Of a DNA stretch of 64,000 bases, positions 7,205 to 16,691 are shown piece by piece. The stretch lies in assembly GCA_035249605.1 (NCBI GenBank), contig DATFGI010000026.1, forward strand, positions 2,730-66,729. The letters run 5' to 3'. The stretch comes from Acidimicrobiia bacterium (GTDB lineage Bacteria; Actinomycetota; Acidimicrobiia; Spongiisociales; ZC4RG35). Position 1 is the first letter of the stretch. Each line of letters begins with the position of its first letter. The notes beneath the pieces were generated by a model that ran no database searches, had not been told where the DNA came from, and saw only the letters and a list, made by a program, of their open reading frames with translations. Both the position numbers and the translations under genes were made by a program.

Positions 7205-8125
7205 ATGTCTGAGGCCGCGCTCGTGACAACCCTCCGAAAGCTTGACGTGCTCGGCGTTCCGTTCAACTCAGCGGGGCGTGCCGGCGGGGTCGCGGGTGCC
7301 CCGGATGCCCTTCGACGAGCCGGTCTGATCAGTGCGCTCGATGATCGCGGATCGAAGTCCTTCGACCGGGGGAACGTCATCATGGACAAACCTGCGCCGG
7401 CGCGCGATCCGGCCAGTCGCATTGTCGCGCCCGAAGCGCTCGCCGCCATGATCCGACGAACCCGCGTCGCCGTGCGCTCGGTCCTCGACGAGGGCGGTAT
7501 GCCCCTGGTGATCGGCGGCGATTGCCCGGTGCTGATCGGGTGCCTCGCCGCGGCGGGGCCCACGGTTCAACCCGGGCTGCTCTTTATTGATGGACATGAG
7601 GACGCGTGGCCCCCTGCCTCGTCAACGACGGGTGAGGCCGCGGACATGGAGCTTGGGCTCCTCCTCCATCGGAAGGTCGACCGTCTACCGCCCGAACTCC
7701 GCCACGAGATCCCACGTGTCGAACCGGATCGCGTCGTCGCGCTCGGTCCCCGTGACGCGAAAGCCTTGGATGAGGCAGGCGTCCCTTCGATCAGAGATGA
7801 TGTGGAGATCATCGGGCCCGAGGCCATCGCTGAGGATCCCGCGGGCGTTGGCCAGACGGGTGCCGCAAGAGTGGCAGCTAACGGCTCGTGGTGGCTGCAC
7901 GTCGATCTCGACGTGCTCTCCACTGAGAGCCTCAGCTCCGTCGACTACCCGCAGCCCGGCGGTCTGACGTGGGAGGAGTTGACCGAGCTGACGATGCATG
8001 TCGTCCGTGTGCCCGGTCTGCTCGGGATGGATGTGACCATCTACAACCCCGACCTCGATCCGGGGGGCGAGGGTGCAGAGCGGATCATTCGCTACCTGGT
8101 CGCGGCGACGACGGCCATTGCATAG
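7205..8125 (+). CDS. arginase/agmatinase/formiminoglutamase-family (ureohydrolase) protein
   Basis: Family motifs are recognisable: VIGGDCPV, FIDGHEDAW (DxHxD) and LHVDLDVLS (DxD). ATG 7205 was chosen because the track ORF start at 7037 would run through the tRNA fragment. Confidence 0.75.
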   Translation: MSEAALVTTLRKLDVLGVPFNSAGRAGGVAGAPDALRRAGLISALDDRGSKSFDRGNVIMDKPAPARDPASRIVAPEALAAMIRRTRVAVRSVLDEGGMPLVIGGDCPVLIGCLAAAGPTVQPGLLFIDGHEDAWPPASSTTGEAADMELGLLLHRKVDRLPPELRHEIPRVEPDRVVALGPRDAKALDEAGVPSIRDDVEIIGPEAIAEDPAGVGQTGAARVAANGSWWLHVDLDVLSTESLSSVDYPQPGGLTWEELTELTMHVVRVPGLLGMDVTIYNPDLDPGGEGAERIIRYLVAATTAIA

Positions 8126-8264
8126 AACGCCTTGAAACGCTCTCGACTGGCACGCAGAGCGCCCATTCGTTCGCGCCGCGTACGCTGGGGACCCGGGACG
8201 CCTCGTGTCAGCGCTGGAGTCGACGCGTTGGCGTCGGTGCAGGACGCGACGAGGGAGCACGGCG

Positions 8265-9722
8265 ATGGTGGCCAACACCCACAAGATGTACATCGACGGG
8301 AAATGGGTCGATTCGGTGGGAGGGGGAACCTTCGAAGACCTGAACCCGTACACCGGTGAGGTGTACGCCAATGTGCCCGCCGCCACCGCGGAGGACGCCA
8401 GACACGCGATCGATGCGGCCAAGGCGGCCTTCCCGGATTGGGCCGCCACACCACCGGCGGTGAAGCGTCAGATCTTCCTCAAGGCCGCCGACGTCATGGA
8501 GCGCCGCCAGGACGATCTGGTGAAGGCGATGATGGAGGAGGTCGGGGGCACCATGGGCATCTCGATGTTCCAGATGCACTTCGTGCCCGGCCTCTTCCGG
8601 ATGGCAGCCGGAGCGGCCTACGACGTCAAAGGTGAGATCATCCCCGCCGACCACGCCAACTCCTTCTTCATGGCAGTCCGTCAGCCGGCCGGGGTGGTCG
8701 CCTGCTTCGCCCCGTTCAACGTCCCCTACATCCTGGGGAGTCGATCCTTCACCCTTCCCATCGCATATGGGAACACTGCAGTCCTGAAGGCGTCGGAGGA
8801 GACCCCGCTCACCGGCGGGATCCTTCTCGCCGAGATCTTCGAGGAGGCGGGGCTGCCACCCGGGGTGCTCAACGTCATCACCGCGCCACGTGAGGCTGCA
8901 GATGAGATCGGAGACGAGATGATCTCCAACCCGGCGGTGAGGAGGGTCTCATTCACCGGCTCGACCGAAGTGGGAAGGCTCATCGCCGAGAAGGCCGGGC
9001 GTCATCTCAAGCGTGCGGTGCTCGAATTGGGCGGCAAGGATCCGCTGATCGTCCTCGGCGACGCCGACATCGACTACGCGATCGACGCCGCGGCCTGGGG
9101 GGCATTCCTGCATCAGGGGGAGATCTGCATGTCGACCGAGCGCATCATCGTCGAGGAGAGCATCGCCGACGAGTTCACCGAGAAGCTGAAGCAGAGGGCG
9201 GAGTCGATCCCGGTAGGTGACCCGACCGATCCGGCCACCGCCATCGGCCCGCTGATCAACCAGCGTGCCCTGGACAAAGTCCGCGCCCACGTCGATGAGG
9301 CGGTCGCCGGTGGGGCGAACCTGGTCACTGGTGGAACCAACGACAACCTGGTCTATCACCCCACGGTCGTCACCGACGTGAAGTCCGATATGCGGCTGTT
9401 CCGCGAGCAGACCTTTGGCCCGGTGGCCCCGATCGTGGTGGTCGGCGACCGGGAGGAGGCGCTGGCCGTGGCCAACGACTCCGAATACGGGTTGTCCGCC
9501 GGCATCCTGACCGGCGACTTCAATCAGGCTCTCGACATGGCCCTGCGTCTCGAGACCGGCATGGTCCACATCGGGGACCAAACGGTGAACGACGAGCCCC
9601 AGGCGCCATTCGGCGGGGTGAAAGGGAGTGGCTATGGGCGGTTCGGGGGTCAGGCGGCTCTCGACGAGTTCACCGAGTTGCGCTGGATCAACGTGCAGCG
9701 CGTGCCCCGCACCTTCCCATGA
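8265..9722 (+). CDS. NAD(P)-dependent aldehyde dehydrogenase
   Basis: The protein is full-length ALDH-like, with LELGGKDP (catalytic Glu region) and GEICMSTERI (catalytic Cys region). The start MVANTHKMYIDGKWV fits the family N-terminus. Confidence 0.9.
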   Translation: MVANTHKMYIDGKWVDSVGGGTFEDLNPYTGEVYANVPAATAEDARHAIDAAKAAFPDWAATPPAVKRQIFLKAADVMERRQDDLVKAMMEEVGGTMGISMFQMHFVPGLFRMAAGAAYDVKGEIIPADHANSFFMAVRQPAGVVACFAPFNVPYILGSRSFTLPIAYGNTAVLKASEETPLTGGILLAEIFEEAGLPPGVLNVITAPREAADEIGDEMISNPAVRRVSFTGSTEVGRLIAEKAGRHLKRAVLELGGKDPLIVLGDADIDYAIDAAAWGAFLHQGEICMSTERIIVEESIADEFTEKLKQRAESIPVGDPTDPATAIGPLINQRALDKVRAHVDEAVAGGANLVTGGTNDNLVYHPTVVTDVKSDMRLFREQTFGPVAPIVVVGDREEALAVANDSEYGLSAGILTGDFNQALDMALRLETGMVHIGDQTVNDEPQAPFGGVKGSGYGRFGGQAALDEFTELRWINVQRVPRTFP

Positions 9723-9820
9723 TCTGAGCCGGTCCAACTCGGTCCTGGGTTCTCGCCGGAGTGACGTGATCACATTCGTTTAGGTTCCGTGGCCGTCGCC
9801 ACTACCGTCCCGGCCGCGAA

Positions 9821-10438
9821 ATGAGATTCAGGATCGTCCCCGCCAATCGGGAGTTCTTCGACGACTTCTCTCTCGCTGCCAAGAACCTGGCGACCAGCGT
9901 CGAAAGACTGAGCGATCTCCTCGCCGACACCTCCAATGCCGTGGAGCGTCACGCCGCGGTCAAGGAAGTGGAACGGGCCGGGGATGAAGTCACCGAGAGG
10001 ATCCTCACCCGCCTCGCCAGCGCCTTCGTCACCCCCTTCGACCCCGAAGACATCCAACGTCTCGCCCAGGCGCTCGACGACGTGGTCGACGACGTCTACC
10101 ACGTGTCGGAGACATTCGTCCTCACCTCCATCACCGAGCTGTTGCCGGAGGTCAAAGAACAGGTCGGCGTCCTCACCGAGATGGCGGTCAAAGTCGTCGA
10201 CCTCTTCGACCGGTTCGAGGACATGCGCGGGCTTCGCGACATCATCACCGAGATCGAGAAGCTGGAGAGCGAAGGGAACCGCATCTACCGACGTGGCGTG
10301 GCCAGGCTGTTCTCGGGGGAGATGGATGCCATCGACGTGATCCGATGGAAGGACATCGTCGAGTCGATGGAAGCGGCGCTCGACCGGGTGGAGGACATGA
10401 CCAACATCGTCACCACGATCGTCCTCAAGCAGGCCTGA
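9821..10438 (+). CDS. DUF47-family protein (PhoU-like, Pit accessory)
   Basis: The pattern is typical DUF47/YkaA-like (FFDDF...AVKEVERAGDEVT...FVTPFDPEDI...IRWKDIVESME). It lies directly upstream of a PiT transporter gene. Confidence 0.85.
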   Translation: MRFRIVPANREFFDDFSLAAKNLATSVERLSDLLADTSNAVERHAAVKEVERAGDEVTERILTRLASAFVTPFDPEDIQRLAQALDDVVDDVYHVSETFVLTSITELLPEVKEQVGVLTEMAVKVVDLFDRFEDMRGLRDIITEIEKLESEGNRIYRRGVARLFSGEMDAIDVIRWKDIVESMEAALDRVEDMTNIVTTIVLKQA

Positions 10439-10450
10439 GGCACACCACCC

Positions 10451-11443
10451 GTGGAGCTCGGCGCGGTAATCGTCATCCTGCTCGCACTCGCCTTCGACTT
10501 CACCAACGGTTTCCACGATGCGGCCAACTCGATCGCAACCGTGGTCTCGACGAGGGTCCTATCCCCCCGTTACGCGGTGGTATGGGCCGCCTTCTTCAAC
10601 TTCATCGCCTTCCTGATCTTCAGCACTCATGTCGCCAACACCATCGCCAAGGACGTGGTCGCCCAAGGCGCCCTTACCGTCGGTGTCATCTTCTCCGGGC
10701 TCCTGGGCGCCATCGCCTGGAATCTGATCACTTTCTGGCTGGGGCTCCCCACCAGCTCGTCACATGCCTTGGTCGGTGGGATCGCTGGGGCCGCGGTGGC
10801 CCGATCGGGGTTCGATGTGCTCATATCCGGCGGGTTGAGGACGATTGGGGCGTTCATCGTCCTCTCCCCGATGATCGGTCTCGCCCTGAGCCTCATCTTC
10901 ACGGTGGCCATCCAGTGGGCCTTCCATCGCCACGAGCAAATCGATCGGCTCAACCGTGGGTTTCGACGGGGACAGCTGGCATCGGCGGCCGCCTTCAGCC
11001 TCGGTCACGGCGGCAACGACGCCCAGAAGACGATGGGGATCATGCTGGCGGTGCTCATCGCCGCCGGGACCCTTCCCCCCGACGCCGACGTGCCACTCTG
11101 GGTCGTGCTCAGTGCTCACGCCGCCATCGGCCTCGGCACGCTGTTCGGAGGCTGGAGGATCGTCAAGACAATGGGCTTCAAGCTGACCCGCCTCCAGCCG
11201 GCGGGGGGCGTGGCCGCGGAGAGTGCGGCCGCAGTGACCCTGTTCTTCGCCTCGGCCCAAGGCATCCCGGTCTCCACGACCCACACCATCACCGGCGCCA
11301 TCGTCGGAGTCGGGGCCGCCCGGCGTCTCTCCGCGGTGCGCTGGCGGATCGCGGGACGTGTGGTCTGGGCCTGGATAGTCACCATCCCGGGAGCCGCCTT
11401 GATCGCGGCGGTAGCATCGCTCGTGGTGGGAGCGCTGGCATGA
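10451..11443 (+). CDS. pit: inorganic phosphate transporter, PiT family
   Basis: It has NGFHDAANSIAT and GGNDAQKTMG signature repeats and is a polytopic membrane protein. The start is GTG. Confidence 0.9.
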   Translation: MELGAVIVILLALAFDFTNGFHDAANSIATVVSTRVLSPRYAVVWAAFFNFIAFLIFSTHVANTIAKDVVAQGALTVGVIFSGLLGAIAWNLITFWLGLPTSSSHALVGGIAGAAVARSGFDVLISGGLRTIGAFIVLSPMIGLALSLIFTVAIQWAFHRHEQIDRLNRGFRRGQLASAAAFSLGHGGNDAQKTMGIMLAVLIAAGTLPPDADVPLWVVLSAHAAIGLGTLFGGWRIVKTMGFKLTRLQPAGGVAAESAAAVTLFFASAQGIPVSTTHTITGAIVGVGAARRLSAVRWRIAGRVVWAWIVTIPGAALIAAVASLVVGALA

Positions 11444-11625
11444 CGGACCGAAGGACATACTTCTTCCTCGGTGCTGCTCTGGCAGTGGCCGCGGTCCAGT
11501 CGCTTGTTCCCCAGTACCGCTGGGTCACCATGACCTTGGTGGCCCTCTATCTGTTGTTTGCCGTCCTCTTCGCCGCGGCCGACATCTCGGCGAGGCGCGC
11601 GGCGAGACGCAACGGCCATCTCTGA
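11440..11625 (+). CDS. small two-TM membrane protein (61 aa), hypothetical
   Basis: The ATG overlaps the pit stop as ATGA. The translation MTDRRTYFFLGAALAVAAVQSLVPQYRWVTMTLVALYLLFAVLFAAADIS has two hydrophobic helices. It corresponds to the last 61 codons of the otherwise spurious track ORF 10345..11625. Confidence 0.45.
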   Translation: MTDRRTYFFLGAALAVAAVQSLVPQYRWVTMTLVALYLLFAVLFAAADISARRAARRNGHL

Positions 11626-11786
11626 CCGGTGCTCACCGACCACCGGTCCAAACATCAGATCCCCTCGAAGCCTCCGGCCTCCCAGCGCCGACTCCTCTTC
11701 GGGGTGTCGCCTTCGACGCAGGTATCCTCGAATCTTGGCGGTGACAACGGAGCACCCTGATTAGCACCTTCCTCGGACTGGCCGCT

Positions 11787-13070
11787 GTGGTGTTGCTCAT
11801 CGTGGCCACCGCGTTCTTCGTGGCCGGTGAGTTCGCCATCGTCGCCGTGGAGCGCAGCCAGGTCGAGGTGCGTGCCCGGGAGGGTGATCGCCGGGCTGGA
11901 CGCATCCTCAACTCGCTGCGGCACCTCTCCTTCGAGCTGTCCGGGGCCCAACTCGGGATCACCATCGCCTCCCTCGTGCTCGGCTTCATCGCCGAGCCGG
12001 CGATAGCCGACGTTCTGCGACCGCTGGTCGCATCGGTCCCGTTCCTCGAGGGATCAGCCACCGCGGTGTCTCTCGCCCTCGCTCTTATCTTCGCCACCAT
12101 CGCCGCGATGGTGTTTGGCGAGCTCGTTCCCAAGAACCTCGCCATTGCCCGGCCATACCCGTCGGCGGTCTGGTTCGCCATACCGATGCAGACGGTCAAT
12201 CGACTCTGGCGCCCTCTGGTCGTGCTCCTCAACGCCTCGGCGGACTGGACGGTGCGCAAGCTCGGTATCGAGCCGCGGGCAGAGCTGGCGGGTGTCCGCT
12301 CGATGGAGGAACTGGAGCTGATGATCCGTTCGTCCGGTGAGGAGGGCCGTCTCGACGACGACGAGCTGGCGCTCTTGACCCGAGCCATCACCTTCACCGA
12401 GAAGGTGGCTGCCGAAGCGATGGTTCCCCGGGTCAACGTGGTCGCCCTCAACCGTTACCAGCCGATCTCGGAGCTGCGCCAGGTCTCGGCGAGCACGGGG
12501 CACTCCCGATTCCCTGTCTACGGCGACGATCTCGATGAGATCGTCGGGGTGGTCCACGTCAAGGACACGATCGGCATCCCCACCTCCGAACGTGCCCTGA
12601 CCCCGGTGGAGCGGATCGCCAAGCCGGGGCTTCGTGTCCCCGAGGCCAGCCGTCTCGAGACACTGCTCACCCGACTGCAGGCCGAGAGCCAGGGCATGGC
12701 AGTGGTGATCGACGAGTACGGGGGGACCGCGGGGATCATCACCATCGAAGACTTGCTCGAGGAGATCTTCGGCGAGATCGAGGACGAGTACGACGAGGTC
12801 GAGGCGCCCGTCGATGGCAACGACGAGGTCGATGTGCTCTCCGGGCTGATGAGCCGACACGACGTCGAGGAGGTCATCGGCTTCGAGTGGCCCGAGGGTC
12901 ACTACGAGACGCTGGGAGGCTTCCTGGTGGCGACGCTGGGTCGTTTTCCGGAGCCGGGGGAGCTCATCCACATCGACGAGATCACCTTCCAGGTGCTGGC
13001 GATGGACGGCTACCGGGTGGACCAGGTGCGGGTGATTCGGACGACCGCGGACGGGGACCCGACCCGATGA
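11787..13070 (+). CDS. CNNM/DUF21-CBS-CorC_HlyC family transporter-associated protein (hemolysin-family)
   Basis: The N-terminal DUF21 region is a TM region (FFVAGEFAIVAVERS), followed by a CBS pair and a C-terminal CorC/HlyC domain (GFLVATLGRFPEPGE...F.V). Confidence 0.85.
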   Translation: MVLLIVATAFFVAGEFAIVAVERSQVEVRAREGDRRAGRILNSLRHLSFELSGAQLGITIASLVLGFIAEPAIADVLRPLVASVPFLEGSATAVSLALALIFATIAAMVFGELVPKNLAIARPYPSAVWFAIPMQTVNRLWRPLVVLLNASADWTVRKLGIEPRAELAGVRSMEELELMIRSSGEEGRLDDDELALLTRAITFTEKVAAEAMVPRVNVVALNRYQPISELRQVSASTGHSRFPVYGDDLDEIVGVVHVKDTIGIPTSERALTPVERIAKPGLRVPEASRLETLLTRLQAESQGMAVVIDEYGGTAGIITIEDLLEEIFGEIEDEYDEVEAPVDGNDEVDVLSGLMSRHDVEEVIGFEWPEGHYETLGGFLVATLGRFPEPGELIHIDEITFQVLAMDGYRVDQVRVIRTTADGDPTR

Positions 13071-14359
13071 GCTGGGTCCCGCTCGGTTGGATGGTGCTGC
13101 TCCTCGTGGCGAACGGGTTCTTCGTCGCCGCCGAATTCGCATACATCACTGCCCGTGCCAATGTCCTCGAGCAGGTGCCCGGGAGGCCTGCCCGCACCGC
13201 GACCCTGCTCAACCGGGACCTGTCGGTGAGCCTCGCCGCAGCGCAACTCGGCATCACCATGGCATCTCTCGGCCTCGGCGCCGTGGCCGAGCCCGCGGTG
13301 GCGGCCATCTTCGAGAGCGCGCTCGGGTTTCTCCCCGTCCCCGCTTCGGTGATCCACGGCGTCTCTCTGGTCATCGCCCTCCTGATCGTGGTGTTCCTCC
13401 ACATGGTGATCGGTGAGATGGCGCCGAAGAACATCGCCATCGCCAGCCCGGAGCGTCTCGCTCGGGCGCTGGCCCTCCCATTCCGGGGCTTCATCGTCGT
13501 CTTCCGGCCGCTCATCGTGCTCCTCAACGGCATGGCCAACACGTTTCTGCGAATGGTGGGTGTGGAGCCGACCACCCACCTCGAATCGGGTCATTCTGCT
13601 GAGGACCTCGCGGTGATCATCGCCGCCGGCCAGGAGGAAGGGGTGATCGAGGACTTCACCCATCGTCTCCTCACCGGAGCGATCATCTTTGGTGATCTGG
13701 ATGCCTCAGAGGTGATGATCCCCCGGCCGGACGTGGTCTCCGTCGGATACGACACCCCGATCGGCGCCATCGAGGAAGTCATGAGCTCGACCGGCCATTC
13801 CCGCATCCCGATTCACGACGGTGACCTCGACAACGTCCTCGGTTTCGTGCACGTCAAAGACCTGATGGGGCTGGAGGACGAGGACGGGGAGCGAGCCCTG
13901 ACCGGCGAGCTGGTGCGGACACCGCTATTCGTGCCCGAGTCGGCGCACATCAAGGCGGTGCTCGACGAGATGAGAAGGTCCCGGAACCACTTCGCCATCG
14001 TGGTGGACGAGCACGGCTCGACGGCAGGGATCATCACCATGGAAGACATCGCCGAGGAGCTGGTCGGGGAGATTCGCGACGAGCACGACCGCCGGGAGCG
14101 GCCGATGGTGGTGTCACCGGGCGGGACCATCCTCGCCGACGGCTCGGTGCGCCCCGACCAGCTCTCCCAATACGGGGTGCGTCTGCCCGAAGGCGACTAC
14201 GAGACCATCGGCGGGCTCATCATGGATCGACTCGGTCGTCTCCCCAACCGGGGCGACACCATCGAGGAGGAAGGCTGGCGCCTGCGGGTGCTCAGCACCG
14301 ACGGGCGCCGGGTTCGCAACGTGGAGCTCACCCCGAACGGGGAGAGCGACGCGCCTTAA
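13067..14359 (+). CDS. second CNNM/DUF21-CBS-CorC_HlyC family protein (tandem paralog)
   Basis: It has the same architecture (FFVAAEFAYITARAN...HFAIVVDEHGSTAGIITMEDI...GGLIMDRLGRLPNRGD). ATG 13067 overlaps the upstream stop as ATGA. Confidence 0.85.
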   Translation: MSWVPLGWMVLLLVANGFFVAAEFAYITARANVLEQVPGRPARTATLLNRDLSVSLAAAQLGITMASLGLGAVAEPAVAAIFESALGFLPVPASVIHGVSLVIALLIVVFLHMVIGEMAPKNIAIASPERLARALALPFRGFIVVFRPLIVLLNGMANTFLRMVGVEPTTHLESGHSAEDLAVIIAAGQEEGVIEDFTHRLLTGAIIFGDLDASEVMIPRPDVVSVGYDTPIGAIEEVMSSTGHSRIPIHDGDLDNVLGFVHVKDLMGLEDEDGERALTGELVRTPLFVPESAHIKAVLDEMRRSRNHFAIVVDEHGSTAGIITMEDIAEELVGEIRDEHDRRERPMVVSPGGTILADGSVRPDQLSQYGVRLPEGDYETIGGLIMDRLGRLPNRGDTIEEEGWRLRVLSTDGRRVRNVELTPNGESDAP

Positions 14360-14790
14360 ACGGCCCGGGCGGAGCAGTCCTGGCAGATGCCGGTGACCAC
14401 CAGGTCGATGTTCTCCGCGCCGAAGTGATGCTGGGTCTCCAGATGTGACCTGATCTGGTCGACCAACTCGCCGACGTGATGGTCGACCGAGCCGCAGAGC
14501 CGGCAAACCATGTGGAAGTGGTCGTCGGGGTGGGCGATCTCCCAACGTGCCGAGTCGTCGATCCCGAGATGGGACTCGCGGACCAGGTCGAGGTCCTCGA
14601 ACAGGGTGAGCGACCGGTACACCGAGGAGATGTTGATGGTGGGGTCGGCTTCGTTGACCTGAACCGCGATCTCCTCGGCGGTGAGATGGTCACCCGCCGC
14701 CCGCAACACCGACCACACCAGCCAACGCGGGCTGGTGAGCCGGTATCCGTGGTCGCGAAGGACCAACCCGAGATCGGACACTGGTTCCAC
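14356..14790 (-). CDS. Fur-family metalloregulator (Nur-like by context)
   Basis: It has a winged-helix N-terminus (YRLTSPRWLVWSVLRAAGDHLTAEEI), HFHMVCRLCGSVDHH and a C-terminal CQDC. The start is uncertain: GTG 14790 or 14781 fit family length better than ATG 14883. Confidence 0.8.
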   Translation of the reverse strand: MEPVSDLGLVLRDHGYRLTSPRWLVWSVLRAAGDHLTAEEIAVQVNEADPTINISSVYRSLTLFEDLDLVRESHLGIDDSARWEIAHPDDHFHMVCRLCGSVDHHVGELVDQIRSHLETQHHFGAENIDLVVTGICQDCSARAV

Positions 14791-14898
14791 CCGACCATGG
14801 TACGGCCCTCCGTCAACCCAGGGTTCGTAGCGTCGCTCAGCGACGCTGAGAACCCTGGGTTGACGGGTTTGGGACCGGTTCACGCCATCAGATGTTTC

Positions 14899-14915
14899 TT
14901 GCGAATCGTTTGCAA
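14899..14915. promoter_or_regulatory. Nur-box-like operator TTGCGA-N5-TTGCAA
   Basis: TTGCGAATCGTTTGCAA lies between the Fur-family gene and cbiM, just upstream of a TACACT -10-like hexamer (14925-14930). It matches the tTGCaa-N5-tTGCAA Nur box as I recall it from Streptomyces. Confidence 0.4.
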
Positions 14916-14936
14916 CTGGGTGGCTACACTGGGAGC

Positions 14937-15923
14937 GTGCACGCCCCCGATGGATTTCTCAACGCCGGGACCGCGTTGGCCACCGGCGCGGTCAGTGTGG
15001 GGACAGTCGGGCTCGCATTGCGCCAGGCCAAGGATCATTTGAAGGAGAAGGCGGTCCCGCTCGCCGGTATCACCGCCGCCTTCATCTTCGCCGCCCAGAT
15101 GTTCAACTTCCCCGTCGCCGCCGGAACCACGGGTCATCTCCTCGGTGCCGGGCTCGCCGCCATCCTCCTCGGGCCCTCGGTTGGGGCGGTGGTGGTCACC
15201 ATCGTCGTCGTGGTCCAGGCATTGGCCTTTGCCGACGGCGGGCTGACCGCTCTCGGCTACAACGTGCTCAACATGTCCATCGTCCCCGCTTACGGGGGGT
15301 ACGCCGTCTTCCGAATGTTCCGCCGCCTCCTCCCACGTAGCGGCAGCGGGCTGGTCGCCGCCACCGGTCTCGCCGCCTGGGCCTCGGTGGTGATGTCATC
15401 GATCGCCTTCTCCATCGAGTGGCTGTTCGGAGCTACCGCTCCGGTTGCCTTCGACACCGTCTTCGGGGCGATGGTGGGTGTCCATGCCCTGATCGGAATC
15501 GGTGAGGGGGTGATCAGCGCCCTGGCGGTGGGTGCGGTGATCGCGGCCCGGCCTGATCTGGTGTTCGGGGCCTCCGACCTCGATCCGGCCCAGTTGTCGG
15601 AGCGAGCGCCGGTGAGCAGCCGGACCTTCCTCATCGGCAGCGTCCTCGTCTCGCTGGTTCTTGCCGCCGTCGTCAGCCAGTTCGCCGCCGGCGATCCCGA
15701 TGGTCTGGAGTCGGTGGCCGAGGAGACCGGGTTCGCCGGCTCCGGCGCCGAACACGCCCTCGCCGACACCCTGTTCGCCGACTACGCCACCGAGGGGATC
15801 TCCAACGAGGACCTCAGCCTCGCCATCGCCGGGGTGGTGGGCACCGTCGTCACGCTCGCCGTGGCCGCCGGGGTCTTCCTGGCGATACGGGAGCGCAGCC
15901 GCCCCGATCCGGCCCCCACCTGA
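14937..15923 (+). CDS. cbiM: ECF-type Co/Ni transporter substrate component CbiM/NikM fused to a C-terminal PDGLE domain
   Basis: With GTG 14937 as start, the N-terminus is M-HAPDGFL, the metal-binding CbiM N-terminus. The C-terminal extension contains GDPDGLESVAE (PDGLE motif) and a final TM helix. The track start ATG 14892 is the alternative. Confidence 0.8.
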   Translation: MHAPDGFLNAGTALATGAVSVGTVGLALRQAKDHLKEKAVPLAGITAAFIFAAQMFNFPVAAGTTGHLLGAGLAAILLGPSVGAVVVTIVVVVQALAFADGGLTALGYNVLNMSIVPAYGGYAVFRMFRRLLPRSGSGLVAATGLAAWASVVMSSIAFSIEWLFGATAPVAFDTVFGAMVGVHALIGIGEGVISALAVGAVIAARPDLVFGASDLDPAQLSERAPVSSRTFLIGSVLVSLVLAAVVSQFAAGDPDGLESVAEETGFAGSGAEHALADTLFADYATEGISNEDLSLAIAGVVGTVVTLAVAAGVFLAIRERSRPDPAPT

Positions 15924-15926
15924 CTC

Positions 15927-16691
15927 TTGGGCGCCGGCCACGCTCACGCGCTCTACATACACGAGCACAGCGTCATCCACGGTCTCTCTCCGACGGCCAA
16001 GATCGTCGCCACCCTCGGCCTGGTGATCTCGGTGGCGATCACTCCCCGCGAGGCGATCTGGGCCTTTGCCGTCTACGCGGTGATCATCGTGACGCTGAGC
16101 CGGATTGGTCGGGTACCGATCACCTTTCTGGCGGCCCGACTCATCGCTGTCGTCCCATTCGTGGTTTTCGCCTTGTTCATCCCGTTCATCGCCGGCGGGG
16201 AAACCACGACGATGCTCGGCGTCGAGCTCTCCGTGCCCGGGCTGTGGGGGACTTGGAACATCGTGGCCAAGGCCATCCTCGGAGCGAGTGCCAGCATCCT
16301 GCTCACCGCCACCACCGAGGTGGCGGACATCCTGCGCGGGATGGGCGTGCTGCGGGTGCCCGCGCTGTTCACCGCGATCGCGGTGTTCATGATCCGTTAC
16401 CTGGAGTTGATCGCCGATGAACTGGGACGGATGCGGGTGGCGATGACGGCGCGAGGATACGACCCCCGCTGGCTCTCCCAGGTGAGGCCCATCGCCGGTG
16501 CCGCCGGAGCCCTCTTCGTTCGTTCCTACGAACGGGGCGAGCGGATCCATGCTGCCATGCTCTCCCGAGGGTTCACCGGGGTGATGCCGGTGCTGCGAGC
16601 GGATCATTCCGGGGGACGGGACTGGCTGGCAGTGGCGGTGTTCGTGCCGGTGTGTGTATTGGTCGCCGCTGTCGCGCTGGTGACGACGTGA
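15927..16691 (+). CDS. cbiQ: ECF transporter transmembrane (T) component CbiQ
   Basis: The pattern is CbiQ-like (ARGYDPRW...FVRSYERGERIHAAMLSRGF) and the gene sits between cbiM and cbiO. Confidence 0.85.
   Translation: MGAGHAHALYIHEHSVIHGLSPTAKIVATLGLVISVAITPREAIWAFAVYAVIIVTLSRIGRVPITFLAARLIAVVPFVVFALFIPFIAGGETTTMLGVELSVPGLWGTWNIVAKAILGASASILLTATTEVADILRGMGVLRVPALFTAIAVFMIRYLELIADELGRMRVAMTARGYDPRWLSQVRPIAGAAGALFVRSYERGERIHAAMLSRGFTGVMPVLRADHSGGRDWLAVAVFVPVCVLVAAVALVTT

Noticed and set aside
9723-9820. PHO box upstream of the DUF47-pit operon
   Set aside because: Only one imperfect GATCA unit is present, with no 11-nt phased GTTCA repeats like those upstream of pstS.
10345-11439. 426-aa ORF overlapping pit in another frame
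   Set aside because: The composition is Arg/Gly/Pro-rich, typical of off-frame translation of high-GC coding DNA. The Pit frame has clear family motifs. Only the last 61 codons (11440-11625), downstream of the pit stop, were kept as a possible small membrane protein.
11626-11786. Mg/Mn riboswitch (M-box or yybP-ykoY) upstream of the CNNM/CorC genes
   Set aside because: I could not find the conserved core sequences of either class or a terminator/anti-terminator arrangement. An Rfam scan would be needed to exclude it fully.
15396-16607. 403-aa antisense ORF across cbiM/cbiQ
   Set aside because: It is a high-GC antisense artefact with low-complexity Gly/Arg/Asp/His-rich sequence. The sense strand encodes well-supported CbiM/CbiQ. 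The same reasoning applies to 33760-35106, 38163-39299, 45618-46769, 47490-48677, 52374-53615 and 53880-55175.
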